A DNA stretch of 62,347 nucleotides, counting the filler, from Perkinsus olseni (lineage: Eukaryota), in assembly GCA_013115125.1 (NCBI GenBank). It is 2 parts of 2 records of this genome, joined end to end, with 100 filler letters (N's around TTAATTAATTAA, not from the genome) between each part and the next. Parts side by side here need not be neighbours in the genome. Positions count along the whole stretch, not along the records: positions 1 to 31,135 come from JABANN010000415.1; positions 31,236 to 62,347 come from JABANN010000416.1. One strand, given 5' to 3'. This document shows, piece by piece, positions 20,540 through 34,300 of this stretch (position 1 is its first letter; every line of letters begins with the position of its first letter). Both the position numbers and the translations under genes were made by a program. The notes under the pieces were generated by a model, which was given only the letters and a program-made list of their open reading frames with translations, was not told where the DNA came from and ran no database searches.

Positions 20540-22036
20540 CTTCGTAAGCAATGACGCTTTCATGGACCATGAATCATGGTCGGAAACCACTTTTTCGCTC
20601 AACACAGCGTTCAAGTGCCGGCGTGATAGTGGCAGCCAGGGTAAGGTTTTTTTTAAATACCTCTCTGGCTTTTGCGTCATTTGCTTCATTTGGGGATTCT
20701 CGCCCTTGACGAAAAGTATTTCTTGTTTTCCTTATCCTTTGGTGAGGTCCTCGGGTGGACAGTCCTCAGTAGCCCACCCGCATGGTTCCTATCATCACTC
20801 ATCAATGTTCAGCGCTATCCCTCGGCTGATCGCTGGTGCCCATGGCTGTGCGGCCGGTGTCCCTGGCTGCGATAAGTCGCTTTCTTCTTGTTTTTTGCTC
20901 GGGCCGAGCTATGGCCGTCGACTGCGGTATATATTTATAATTCCGCTAACCAAGTGAGCTGGAGATCTTAACGGTGATGAGTTCAGTTCGAATGCCCGCT
21001 TCTAGCACTCGTTGTTCTACATTGACTCGGCCTGCAAGGCCGCTAAATCATGTAGGTGTCACCCACTAGGTGGCACTGCTAACAAGCTGTCAATAACCGA
21101 CTAGAAAAGCTTCGCAGGCTTAAGATAAGCAGGATTGCGAATTTTGGAATTACACTGTTAGTAACATTCTGTTACATCTCAAGTGCACACGTGCATGTTG
21201 AAGTTCTGAATCGCACCGCGGATGTCACGGTGACATTGTCACCTCGCCCCACCTCATCATCCTCGGGGGGTCTTTTTCCGAGGGGGAGAACCCTTAAAGG
21301 GTTACCCTTTCACGGAAGGACACGATATGACGACTCAGGTTCCTTCTGACAACTCAATACCAATTGGAACGAAGTGAACTGTGTTGAAAAATCCAGCTAC
21401 AAGAATAGTGTGATGTAACACCTTAACAAAACGAGCCGATTGACGCGAAGTAAATAACACTTACTAAAAACAGGGCAATCGCGCAAGGGCATGGGGAACA
21501 GCGATCTACTCAACCACAGATCATCATCTTAATTAACTATCGCTCGCCCTTTAACACAATCCACATCAGCGATACTAGTCCTTCAATTAAGGCGTTACGC
21601 CTCAGGCGTGGGCACTTGACTAAGACTACCACTTAAGGATATCAAATGCGAAGAATAGCACCGATTGCTGGCCGTGCGAACACGCATGTACCCTAACACT
21701 GGACCCGTCCAGCTTGGGACCGTTTATGGCAGAGCAACGGTGACGCGGTTCAGGTTGAAGGTGGGAGGGCTGAATCCCATTCGGAAAGGCAACGGGCGGG
21801 TCACGCAGAATGTCGCAGACCCGCTCAGGTCGACGTAGCATAGAGGAATTAAGAAGGCATCCGGGAGGTGGTCCACGCTCCTCCGCAGCAGCAGTCATTG
21901 TAACTGCCGTGCGTCAATTACCACTTCAGGTTTTGAAGATTAGATATAGGTGATTGTAACACAGCTAGAACAGGATCATCATCATCATCATCGGAAATCA
22001 CTAGGTTGCCCTCTGTAATGTTTATATTGCAGATCC

Positions 22037-22110
22037 GATAAGAAGCTATGCTCATGCTGAGCTAAGTGGCGGATGACCAGAAGACAGCAGAGAAAAGATT
22101 GGTTTCTAGA
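22037..22110 (+). repeat. short dispersed repeat (second copy ~30955-31027)
   Basis: CGATAAGAAGC.ATGCTCATGCTGAGCTAAG...CGGATGAC.AG.AGACAGCAGAG..AAGATTGG.TTCTA is present at both sites. Confidence 0.7.
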
Positions 22111-22275
22111 TGGCAAAACTCGGGTGTTGTGTTCTCAATCAGCCAATCTGTTTACACCTTCAGACGACCGGACCCCCATACTGTGCACAACAGCCCTCGG
22201 TTGACGACGTCAAAAGCTAGCACACAAGGCAAATCATGAAATGGCCATCAAATACAGGCTCGCTCAGTAAACTCC

Positions 22276-25200
22276 TCACTCTTCGCTCTTAACTAGCTTC
22301 CCTGAAATCAATGCCGTGAAACAGACTGCAAGAACGGCAGACTGACTGCCGCAGGAGCTTACCTCCCTCAACAACGTAATGCACATCGTGAACTTCTGCG
22401 AGCTTCTCCGTGTTGTGGCTGACCGACAGGACTCCCGTCGTCGGCGGCAAATTCTTCCGCAGAATCTTGTAGAGCTGAGCGTGCTGATCAGCAGCTAAAT
22501 TGCTTGTACCTGCGCCATCAACTCAGTGCCGCTACAATCAACGTTGCCAGCCCACTCTCGTCTAAGAAGAGCCACTCAGGTTTACTGAGGAGCGCATGAG
22601 CCATCTCAAGTCGCTGGGCCTCGCCAGCAGAGAGAATCATTGACCAGTGCTCACGACGGTCCAACGGATGCGGAGGGAGTAGTGCGGTATTCGGGAACTT
22701 GGACGACGAACCGAATAACGGCATCTCCAGAGGCGTGGGCGGAGCGAAGCTCGTAGAGAGAAGCTGAAAGACGACAGAACGTTAGCTAACACATGCCGAG
22801 ACTCTTCCGTGATTCAAAAGCAAGCATAGATTCTGAATGATCGCCACGCTCTTTCCCATTCCCCTATGCGAGAATATACCCGCCGAAATTTTCCCCACTA
22901 TTGCGTACCGATTCGACATCCGTGTGCTCTTATAAGCGAGCTACTCTGCAGAGAACGGTGAATACCCCGACAACAGAAAAAAATCGGCGACAACAGGTAG
23001 GTCTAGATGGTAATTCCGCGGCAGAGACGGGAAAAGCAGGTCTCGAGTTGCCATCTAAGGGTTCCGAACCTAGTGATCCCAGTATCATTCCCCGGGCCTG
23101 ACTAACGTCTGATACCGCCTTAGGTTATTGCTTATGAAGCCATGAATCGATTGAGCTGAGTTAGCTGTAGCACCAAAGATGATGCTGTCTGTTACAAGTG
23201 CCAACTAAGTGCCCAATATAATGCTGCCTCCGGGATCTCGAATGTAGACAATTGTGTTCTCATCATCGCACACCATTTCGACAGCTTCTTGGGTCCTGTC
23301 ACTACATCCTCAGCTATGCTAGTAGCATAATGCTACGATCATTCAAGTCATCTTTCCTATACCCATGTAAACCGTAAGCTTTTTCAGGATATATTTCCCT
23401 TAATGGTCCACATCTGCGTTGGTTACCGGAGCACACCAAGGACGATCTTCTACACGTTCAATTCAATGCCTGGAGCGCTCCTTGATTTCGAGATAGGGCT
23501 GATGAACACCCCCAGAGATTCCCAATATTCCCTCTTCTCCCGAATTGCGTTGAATCAGCATTACGTGGGTCAGGCCGACTAAGTGAAGAACGCATTCGAT
23601 TTGGCGATCAGAGTATGCCGAGGTATCCTCAGGATAGCAGACAGCCTCTCGAAGGGAACCTGCATTGGCCTGCTATGTTCGGCAACTGAAATCTTGCATT
23701 CTTACCATCTCTCAACGGAGCTTTCCTAGAGGGCAGGAACAAGGACCTGTCTCCAGGCGGCATGCTCAGACGAGACTTCGGGCTGACGAATCTACAAGGA
23801 ATCTTTCATCCCGCGAAAGCCCTGGGTGGACCAAAGATACCAAGCCAAGCGTTCACTTACGGCCAAACCCCGGCCAGCGCTCTAAGAAGACTCGTCTTGC
23901 CGCTCCCTTCAGGTCCGCTAAGCAACGCCCATTCGCCTTTGCCGATCTTCAAGTTCACTTTGGTGAGGAGGGCCAGATCGTCCTCTCCCTTGCCGGGTAG
24001 GAAGAAGAGGCCCTTCGCTTCCGTAGGGGTGTAGACGTCACAGGACTCGAGCGAGAGTGTATCATCATCACCTGACGACTGACCAATGGGCAGCCTGCTA
24101 GTAACCGTGAAGGGAAACGAACACGCCGATGGAGCTGGGCGAAGGTATTATTCTAAACATGCTGGAAGGGATGCTTATTGCCTTTTCAGAATATACTGAA
24201 ATTTCTAACTTTGTTACACAGAGACCGATGTTGAGGGCATCACCGCGGAAGAGGGCATCACCACAGCATCACGCTACTGTGAGCTCACAGTGGAACAGAT
24301 ACTCTTGTTGAGACGGCCAGTCAGGCGAAGCTCTAGACCCGAAGTTCAAGACGATCAACCAGCAGTTGCTGAACAGAGCGTCCTTCCAGCTGCGGCCAAG
24401 TTCGAATCAAGTGCTCGGTCAGGCCCCACGAACTTACCAGGAACTGCCTTCAAACCACTTCTTGACTTCGATAGCAGATTCAGGGCCGACTCGAATTCGT
24501 AGAGACGATTGCCTGCCGCTCTCCACTTGATGATGATACCTGACCAACGTCCCTCGCTTCCCCTCTGCCGACAACCACGCCATTTCTCTTGTGCAGAAAG
24601 TCGCGCGGAACGTCAGGGGAGTGGCACGAATGTTCTGGCGTGCAGATCTCTGTGGGGCAGCTAAGCTGATATCATTACGTCTTGTTAAGCTTAGGTTAGG
24701 TTATACTGTATCCTCTAAGCGCAGTACAACGTGAGCGTTGTTGACGGAATTCCAAGATCACCACTTCCATCATCAACGCACTATTATTGTATCATCCATA
24801 ACCAGCACACAGCCAGAACAACGAGCCCCTCGCCGTGGCCTGCTAACCCGTGCTCACCGTAAGATTGCACGAACCATCTGAGAGCCTCCAGGACGTATCG
24901 GAGGGCGTGCACTGTCTGGTTCAAGTGGCCAAGGGTAATCTCACTGGAGAAGTACGCTCCCGACAGAACCTAACAACTTACCAATCGACCGATCATCGAG
25001 CTGAAATGTGACAACGCGAAGCCCAGGACGTACGAAGAGAGGAAAGATGTTGCCAGTGTACTCGAAGAACGAGTCGAACAGCTTCAACCGCTTCGTCACG
25101 AACATGGATTCGTATCTGAAAAATACCGGCTCTGAGGATCGAACCTTCGCGGGTCAATAGCCCCTACGTTATGCGCTTGATGTTCATGAAACTCCTCTCT

Positions 25201-27350
25201 AGTCTGGACAACTCCCGGCCTGCAGTGCATAGCCTACACGCCTCCAACAGCTGCCCCAGCCCACCTTGCGCGTGGAGCATCGCTACAGCCTCTCCATGAT
25301 CTCTGATTCTAATGAGATCCGATCGGAAGTCCGCTTCGACTCGCTGCGCTGCGTAGTCGAGGACCTGCCCAGAACGCATCAGCAGGTTTGCAGCTCCTTC
25401 TTGTTGATTCTTACAATCAATCGCTGGCCGACCAAGTGGGTACCCAGGGAGCCCAGAAGGCAGTATATCAGGGACGTGTATCTGCGACAGGGAGATGCCC
25501 TCAGTGGCCGCCACCGCTGCTGGCGAAAGGCCAGCTCCTCCTTACAGTAGCCATCCCGGGAGTCGAAGGCCGTGAACGCCGAACGCGTCGATAGGGGACA
25601 ATCGAAACAACAACGGTAAGAAGACAACTGAGAGAGAGGCGTCCTCATTACTGTGCGGGCTGACTACCCACCTAGAGTCCCTCCAGAGAGCAGCATGCCC
25701 GACACGAGAGCCCAGCTGGCATCAGTAAAAACATTAACCTGAAATAAATGCAAGTCTGAAAACGCCATGAAAACCACTTGAACTCACATCGTTCGCTATC
25801 CGCTGATCAGGATTGTCCAAGGTCGTCGTCCTCGTCGTGGAGCCCTCCAGACCAACCAGTTGCATGCGATAGTGACTGAAGGAAATCCGAATGAGAAGAC
25901 CTTCGCCGAGGAAGGCTGAACCCTCACGCGGCGTCCTTCAACCACATCTTCTGCAGCCTCGCTGTGTGATGGGCTCGCCACTCCAAGAGAAACATCGAGC
26001 GGAGGTACATGCCATAGGCCGAGAGAAGGATGTCCCCGAGGACGCAGAAAATCTGCGATGATGAGAGGCAGTCGGTGGAGAGTTTTGTGAGTAGACTTCT
26101 TACAAAATTGAAGATGTTGAGGAGGAAGTTTTCAAAGTCTTTGGCTTGGATGCAGTTCCAATAGCGAGCGGTGATGTCGTTGACCAAATAGGAAAGTCCA
26201 ACATTGCACAGGGAGAGCAGAGTGAGCACCTAAACACCGGCTTGGGGAACCAAGATTAATAACAAATACATCGGCTGTGTGGTCTAGTGGTATGATTCTC
26301 GCTTAGGGTGCGAGAGGTCCCGAGTTCAATTCTCGGCACAGCCCATTCCCATCAACTCACCATCGCGTATCTCCATGAGCTCTTCTTCCCCGTTCTTCCC
26401 GAAAAGTACGGCCGAACCAATGATAACATCTTGTTCACCTCTAAAGGGTTCGTGCTGCCTGAAAATGGCACGATCATCCGCGGAGTTGAAAACTCCGCTG
26501 CTGCTGACCTCCTTGTGTGTTCTCCTGCGGTGTCGAGATATTCTCATTGAAGTCTGTCTCAGACCAGCGCAAGTGAAGATACTCGAAGACGATAACCGAG
26601 ACCTGACGAGGGTCCTCGACGACGGTAAGGACAACCGTGAGAGCTTACCAAAAGGAGCCCGAGCATCGCAGCGTATACAGGCCATGGTTGAGCAGACTTC
26701 CGACCCTCGTCATCACCACCGTTAGCTACCGCTGGTGGACGCCCCGCCTGCCGAGGAAGCACTCAGCCGTCTTCACAATAACAACCGGCGGAGCGATGAT
26801 GAGGCGGTTCGTTGAAACAGCGAGGACAATCCGATCACAACAGTGCACGAGGTTCACCTCACCTTGTTGGTGCCGTTCTCACTGGGGCCGACGATAAAGG
26901 CGTTCATAAGACTGTCGGTACTGATGAGAGACGACTCTATCCCCTGCCTCCACATGAGTGGCTCATCTATCTCTACCAACTCGCTACCACGAAGGGCTCC
27001 GGCCTGAATCACCACATGACCCGGGTTCGATCCCCGGACGCGGCATTTAATCATCTCACCGCCCCTCTGCTGTCCAAACCTATTGGCAGCGCCTTATGAG
27101 TCAGCCCTGGAGCCTCGCTACACGGGCTAGTAGAAGTGTCATCGCACGGGGCCGGGTCCACGAGGGAGTCACCACCGGCCAGCAAAACCTAGGAAACAGA
27201 AAACCAACGCCCGTAGGAAACGCCCGAGAGGGCAACTCCCAGTCGTAGAGCAATTGCACCTACCGTTTGAGGAAGCAGCACGACTAGTAGGCCGCAGAAA
27301 AGATGCACCTTCGGAGCCTTCGGGACCACTTTGGAAGATTGAGGACAGAA
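22276..27350 (-). CDS. ABC half-transporter, ABCD/SbmA-YddA-like subfamily, multi-exon; 5' end uncertain (~26955-27350)
   Basis: TMD exons LVRPYFSG...[23 protein letters not shown]...YWNCIQAKD and [10 protein letters not shown]; Walker [22 protein letters not shown] (~23860-23920); [10 protein letters not shown]; signature [13 protein letters not shown]; Walker B WLFLDE; SVSH; final exon GKLVKSEE then TGA at 22278-22276. Confidence 0.88.
26273..26344 (+). tRNA. trnP: tRNA-Pro(AGG), intact, in an intron of the ABC gene on the opposite strand
   Basis: Acceptor GGCTGTG/CACAGCC, anticodon stem CTCGC/GCGAG with loop TT-AGG-GT, T-arm CCGAG-TTCAATT-CTCGG; 72 nt. Confidence 0.95.
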
Positions 27351-28975
27351 AATAATGGCTGCAGAGACCTCACTCAGCTCCGATATTCACAACACAACAG
27401 ACAGAGCAGCGGGGAGAAAACAGCAACAGCGGCACGGCGAGATAGCTGAAAATCATCAATCGGACGCCCGAGCATGCGAGGCTTCGGCCATCTCGTCCTT
27501 GAGAGGATCAAGACTAGGGAGAATGAGGGATCGCTCAACCCACCACCGAAATCTTATCGCAATAGCCATTCTCCTTCCAACTGAATTTTCTCTGCACTTG
27601 CCAAGCAATGTTGTGAAATTGAACTTGACTTATTTCCAGGTGTCACCCTTCGATCCTTCAACATATTGTCGTAGGCCATAAGCGACACTGGTAGTGAGGC
27701 TGAGAACGACCCCCACCCTGACGCGGGGCCCTCCGGCGGGTTCAGGCCGGCTCAGGCTTACAGCGGGACCAGTATCGTAAGCTTGTATAGTTATGGCCCG
27801 AAACAACGCCGTTTAGGTTTTCGGACTACGAGCATGCTCTCATAAAAATAAGATATTTCCAGTCCCAGTTTACTACAATCGCCTCTGATGTCCTCTTAGC
27901 TGCATCGAGCAGCTCCCTTAGCAAGACGACATCCCCTCAACCTGGCACTTGACGGCGCTGAAAGATACCCCCTCAGAACAAGACTCGACAGCTCTATCTG
28001 ATGTACTGCGAAGAGAGACCCTCCTCCTCCTCCTCGTCCTCCTCAAGCGCCTGCACCCAATACTTGCACAGAACGGTCTCTCCTCAACATCGCAGGTGAG
28101 TGACCGCAGCGACTCCGACCGGCTCTGTCATGAACGTTGTGGTCCAATGTAAACGTCAAAAATTTTGTTCGATACGGAACGGTGAAGGCGCGCGAGTATT
28201 CGCAGTGAACGGTCGATCGCGAGCGGTCCTCGAAATCGGAATTAACAGCGTGAGAGCTCAAAGCCCGAGGCTGAGGCCCTCAGCTGCAGTAGCCCTATAA
28301 TTTTAACTCGAGTGCCGCCACCCTGTACTGATGATAATGGTACGTACCCTAGTGTGCATCAGCGAGGTGATGCTTCGACTGAGTTGATCGGTACACGTGA
28401 GCAAGGCTCGCTGAAAATCCTGTCGGAAACACTCTGGTCGTGTGAAAGCCTTATGGCCCGTAGTTTCGACAGAATAATCACAATTTTTACCAGGTGGCCA
28501 ACCCAACCAATGCCACACCTTGCCCAAATAAACAGCGTTAACGATCGATTCACAGGGGCAGCACTCAGCGGCCAACCGTTGCAGCACCCTCACAGCCACC
28601 AGGCCTCAAAACCCGGTTGCTACTACCCTCCGCCGGTCCTCCGATAAGCATCGCCTCCATCCCGCCGCTGACCAGACTCTATATACCATGCTGTCGCGTA
28701 TACACGACCCGAGGACCATCTTTGCATGGTTTCTACCCGACGATCGCGCAGCACGATTTTGCGCAGCTAATCGATCACTTGGGCGAGCGCTAGTTTCCCG
28801 CGCGGATTTTGGAATTCGTACTTTGCCGTCGTGTGATTCCCCGATCCTGACATCCTTATTTTGGGCTCTAGCCATGCTTGCGTTTACTCGTTCGAACTGT
28901 GGAATGAAAGTGCGCGTGAGCTGTGGAAGTGCAAGTTCCCATGTTCTACAGGAGTTCGTGCTGTTTCTCGTAAAG

Positions 28976-30189
28976 ATGCGCCGTCGTTCTTTCCTACCAT
29001 TCGGGCGTCATCTGCTGTATCTTGCTATCCCAATACACGGGGAACCTCTCATATTACCCGAGGGAATCTACCGTAATCGAGATCCGATCGTAGGCGTGGG
29101 TAAACTGAGCGCCGCTCAGTGAGCGGTATCGAGATCGACGCGAGGGAGAGTACACGGGGGAGCCATGGTAAAGTGAAGTTGAAGTTGTTGAGCACTTTGC
29201 CAAACTACGATCTTTTGATACCGATGCACGAGCATTGCGAGCTGGAACTTCCTGGAGAAGCTGCAATTTTCCAACCCGGTAACCTGAAGTCAAAGCATTG
29301 CCTGCAGTTCGCGCCGGTCACGAGCGATCAGCAACATGTTCTTTATAGTTTCATCTCTGCAGCGTACGCCGAGCTCGGTATAACCGTCGCACCGCGTACA
29401 AAAGTTCTGAAAAGGATCACTATATGCTCGGTTGAAGGCAAGGGGTGGACTGTCTATCTCGGCAGGGGGCTTGCTTCAAGAAAGTCCGGAAATACCATTA
29501 ACTTGATCCATCCGGTCATGCTTGAATACTCAAGACCATCATCGAGTCTCGTGAGAGAGGATCATTCTCCTGCGGCAGCGAATGAAGCATTCACTCTGAC
29601 TCGCAGGATTCTTCCCAGGCCCGGCACCTTGGTTGAAGACGGCGAAGGTCCAAACGCTGTTCACGTTTTTATCAAGGAAATGTCGATTGAGGAGAGACAG
29701 GCGGAGATGATTATCACGTCCATCTTGCTAGAGCCGACTGATCCCATCATCAATGAGCATCACATGAAGTACACCTATCGCGACGTCAGATTTTCCGAGA
29801 ATATAACGGCGCTCTCTCTGCCTCCCCTTCCGCTAATACAGCTCAAAGATTGTGTTTTCATTTCGTACTCAGCGCCGACGAGCAAGATTCTCTCGGCTAA
29901 ATTGTGCTGGCGAATTGTAATTGACGAGAAGGGCGATGAGAGTCTTCGCGGATTCGCGACATCCGCAGCGGAAGCGCTGAGGGTCGCTAAGGTTGACGTT
30001 AAAAACATCTTGCTGTGCTACATGGACCCGGCCTGGCAATTAATAATCGGTCCAAAATTGATCAAGATGAAATATAACGAAGAGATCTCTGATGTCGAAT
30101 CGGCGAAGGGAAATTCCGGCTCGGATAAGCGACCATCGGTTGATCAAAATGAGGGAGCATCGTCGAAGAGGGTCAAGCTGACCCACTGA
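28976..30189 (+). CDS. hypothetical protein, weak N-terminal signal peptide, basic C-terminus
   Basis: Exon 28976-29072 (MRRRSFLPFGRHLLYLAIPIHGEPLILPEGIY) and a 47-bp GTAATC...CTCAG intron (29073-29119) join in phase to the 356-codon ORF ending 30189. Confidence 0.7.
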
Positions 30190-30954
30190 AAGTATCAGTG
30201 GGTCAGTCTGAAACGTTGCGTGTAATGATTGGCATGATGTTAATGAAAAGAAACGCGAATCAACAGTTGTTCTTCATTTGATCGGTGTTCTGTTGACTCT
30301 ACCATAGAGTCTTTTTAATGGATGCTGTTGAATTATTTAGCATGATAAGCGTGTGAGGTGTACCACGATTCGTCCATGAGCGTTTCTTCCAGGGTATATT
30401 CGGCGCCAAAGTGTTTGATCCATTGTTCATTGTCCACGAGCCGGTATGAATGGAGGTACCTCGAAACCTGTGTTGCATTTGTCGAGCGATAAGAGAGCCG
30501 CTTCATGAGGCCACCGCCAGAACCGTTCTGGCAGAACGTTACATGATGCCTTGAAGAATCGCAACTTGAGATGGAGATAGCCTGTTATGTTGCGCGAGAC
30601 GGACTAGACATGTTAACTACATTGGCTAGCCCAGGGAGCGGTCCCCTAGCAGCCGGGAATGCCCCAAAGGTGTCGTTCCAGAACGACCACGTCGTTCCAG
30701 AATGCGCGTGGAGCGTGCCATGAGGTGCTTCAACAGCGATCGCACAATTAAACTGCAACCTTAGGAAACTAAAAAATCATTAATGGTTGCACTCGCGGAG
30801 GTAAGCAGAACTCAGCCTTCTGCACCCGAGATGTCGAGGTATGAGACCAGTGACCGCTGCCTTGGTCAACTGTGGACACAGAGTAGTGGTAGACCCTACC
30901 GGGTAGGCTACCAACCGTAGTACTGAGCATGTTTCGCTGATCCTATCTTGCTGC

Positions 30955-31027
30955 GATAAGAAGCGATGCTCATGCTGAGCTAAGCGTCGGATGACAAGTA
31001 GACAGCAGAGGGAAGATTGGATTCTAT
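30955..31027 (+). repeat. short dispersed repeat, copy 2, near contig end
   Basis: Aligns to 22037-22110. Confidence 0.7.
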
Positions 31028-31135
31028 ACCATTCAGAAGCGTATTTGGCGGATAAGGCCGCATATATGGGGGTCGAGGATGATATCATCACATTAGCGAG
31101 TTGTTGTTGTTGTTGAGACATCAGCAAATTGGCGG

Positions 31136-31235
31136 NNNNNNNNNNNNNNNNNNNNNNNNNNNNNNNNNNNNNNNNNNNNTTAATTAATTAANNNNNNNNN
31201 NNNNNNNNNNNNNNNNNNNNNNNNNNNNNNNNNNN
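31136..31235. other. assembly gap with artificial six-frame stop linker
   Basis: 100 nt of N surrounding TTAATTAATTAA (31180-31191). Confidence 0.99.
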
Positions 31236-31348
31236 GTTATTCAATATTTTTAATACGTACTAATTCTCCGTACCCGTACTAAGTTGACAGTTTGGAACGT
31301 ACTCCGTAGTACCGTACTTTCCTCGACCCCAGTACGGTTGCCCAGCTC

Positions 31349-34300
31349 TATTCCAAGGTGCTCGAGAGGGTTAAATCTGCTCGAATTCGGGCTAAGATCG
31401 TCCACGCTTTGGACTTGGATGGCGATGGTGAGTACAGTACTCCTGCGAGGCCTGGGGGAGCCTGCCTTAGATGTGCCGGTTTTGCAGGGTCGGCCCCCCC
31501 CCTTCCTCTATTCTCAGATAAGCTCAGTGAAGAGGAAATCCTCAATCTGCGGATACTCCACCGTGCCGAGTTCCTCCTCCTATGTGAGAGCCTTCTCTAC
31601 CACGGCTTCGCTACCATCACTGAGGCTGGGGGCAGCAGTTTCCTGGAAGGAGCCAGGAGGTCAGGAAAGGTGGGGTCGGGCACTCCGCTGCCAACCTGCA
31701 GTCGAGGATGCCTGTCAGACGCTGGTTGATGCCCATCCAGAAGCGGCCTTAATAGAGCTGGACTCGGTGAGGGAACCATCACTTGCTCATCTCACCGAAT
31801 CTTGCATTTCCTCAAGTTATGCATGCTTCTTTAGATCTACCAAGCGCATAATCCGAGTGCACATCATCACGCCCCAAGACAAGTAGGACGGAGATCAGCA
31901 CTCAACAATTTTCACCGTCGCTCCGCTGTTGGGCAAATCTTAATTTTCGTTCTCAGGGAAACCCTCTGCAATGGTCTCGACGGTTTGGTCATAATGAGAG
32001 GAGGACGAAGCATCACTGGGGGAAGAGGAAACAGGGATATGGGAGGACTTTGAAGGCTGGTGAAGAGCAGCACATCGGAGGAATAGCCGCGGCGCGTCCA
32101 CCGCTGGGCAGCATGGCGTCAGTGGCGTCCGACTTGATTGGAGCAGTGAGCAGTGTAGCAAAGGGGAAGAGGGAGGGGGCTGCCGGCGTTGACGGTGGTC
32201 GGGACGAAGAAGGGGTTGCTGAGGATGATGGAGTAGAAAGTAGAAATGCGAATGTTGGAGGCCTCAAGGGAGAGCAGCACGGAGGCAGTCATTACACTGA
32301 GTCTGTAGAGGAGGAGAAGTCTGGTCATACAGGGGACCACTACAGTGAGACTGTAGAGGAGGAGAAGTCTGGTCATACAGGGGACCACTACAGTGAGACT
32401 GTAGAGGAGGAGAAGTCTGGTCGTGGAGGGGACCACTACAGTGAGACTGTAGAGGAGGAGAAGTCTGGTCATACAGGGGACCACTACAGTGAGACTGTGG
32501 AGGAGGAGAAGTCTGGTCATACAGGGGACCACTACAGTGAGACTGTGGAGGAGGAGAAGTCTGGTCATTCAGGGGACCACTACAGTGAGACTGTGGAGGA
32601 GGAGAGGGACGACAATGCCAAGAAGGAATACCACCGCGAAGTGAATGTGGAGCCCACTGTTGGAGAGGGTTCGATCCCGGGCCCCGACAGAGCTGCGGTA
32701 GGAGGGACCACTCCGACAGCTGGGCCAGCTCCAGAGGAGGGGGTACAGGCTGATAATGATGATGATGAAATGGTCGTAGAGGAGTGGGACGATGAGAAGG
32801 ATGATGATTACGGAGCTGACCTACAAGGAGGACCTCAGAGTAAGGACAACAATGCTTGGAGCATCTCTATGCACGTAATAAGCCTTGGGAGCCGCTAAAG
32901 CGGCGGCCTGCACACAGCCACCACGCCCATTATTCATATGGTCAGGAGTACCCTTCGAAGGGCTTCGAGGAGATCACCGGACACACCCTCAGTGACACAA
33001 TCTCCGTAGAGGAGTTCCAGCAGATCGGTGATCGACTAGGGGTCAGCCAGGCCTACAATAAGGAGGTGAGCCCTTCCCTGCAGCAAGGCGGTTCCTCCAC
33101 GCCTTTCTGCTGCTTGTGACAGCTCTTCGGCCTGGTGGCGGGCAGGGACGCTGCAGCCCTTGAAGGCGGTCGATATGCTGATCTGTATAAGAGCTTCAAG
33201 GACGTCAGGTGAGGGGCTTTACGTCCAACTTGCGGGACCCCTCCCATCAGGAACTTGGCACGAGTCTTCCACATCTTGGATGCCATCAAAATGGAGATGC
33301 GGTTTTCCGATCTTGATCTGGACCGGGACGGCTTCGTCTCCCTGTCGGAGTTTGGGTGCGGAGATTGCAAGTCGGACACGGTGTCCGAAGAACAATGTGT
33401 AAGTCAGAGTAGGCGGAGCGAAGCTGCTATTCTTTCCGTCTTTCAGATGGCCGTTGGAGAGCTCTTCGCTTACGTTGTCGATGGCTTCAACCAATCGTCC
33501 ATCTCTCGACGCAACTGGCAGAAGCTAGTCAGTGTTGGGTCGGAGGTCATCCCACCGGCGGTGTCGGTGGTCCTGGAAGGGTGAGGAGAGTGACACTGTG
33601 TAGTGGCTATTGGAGTTGGGAGATTGTCAGCATGGGAGAGGTTCCTAGGCTAGCTTCCGATGAAGAGTTCATAGAGCAGTACATGGCTGAGGCGAGCAAG
33701 TATCCAGGCGCCAGGGAGGAGGCAGCTGCGTTCCTCAAGGACGGGTCTGGTCGGTCGGCGTACCATCCCGATTACCGTCCCTCACCCCGGGGTCGATTAG
33801 GTCAGAACCGCAACACCGGCGTCTTAAGAGTCGCAGCAGCTGGGCCACGGCTTGCGGGTTTCCTGCCAAGTTCTTTCGACTTCACTCGAGAATTATCAAC
33901 GCTATTCAAGGCAGACGCGAAGGAGCTGGACGAGGGAACCTTCGAGGAGATAGGCCGTCATGCCGAGGCCGCTGGGGACTGGTTCAGAGCCAAGGTAAAC
34001 CCTCACTCAACTGAGGGGCAAACCCCCCTCCTGCAGTCCTTCGGAGCCCTCCTCTATCCTATCGGAGAGACCTTGCCGATCCACATTGTGGATACCTATG
34101 TGGCGGCAAGGAGGGGCGGGTAGGGCTCGTACTACTTCCTAGTGTAGTGATGGTTAGCGTAGTTACCTACACGACTTGGCAGCCTCTCTTGGGGCTATCA
34201 GTCTGGCTGCGAGGTTTGATGCTATTGATTTGGATGGAGATGGCAGCCTTAGTAGGAAGGAGCTGGCAGCGAAGGAGTGGAGGAGTTCCATCGCGGGGTC

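Noticed and set aside
22790-23560. Protein-like minus-strand fragments in the long ABC intron (possible retroelement gag relic)
   Set aside because: Short, stop-interrupted, with no diagnostic motif, LTR or TSD found by eye.
31180-31191. TTAATTAATTAA palindrome within N runs
   Set aside because: Artificial scaffolding linker; adjacency of the two contigs should not be over-interpreted.
32284-32605. Regular 48-bp repeats as a possible CRISPR array
   Set aside because: No unique spacers; units are in-frame codons of an acidic exon; eukaryotic context with no cas genes.
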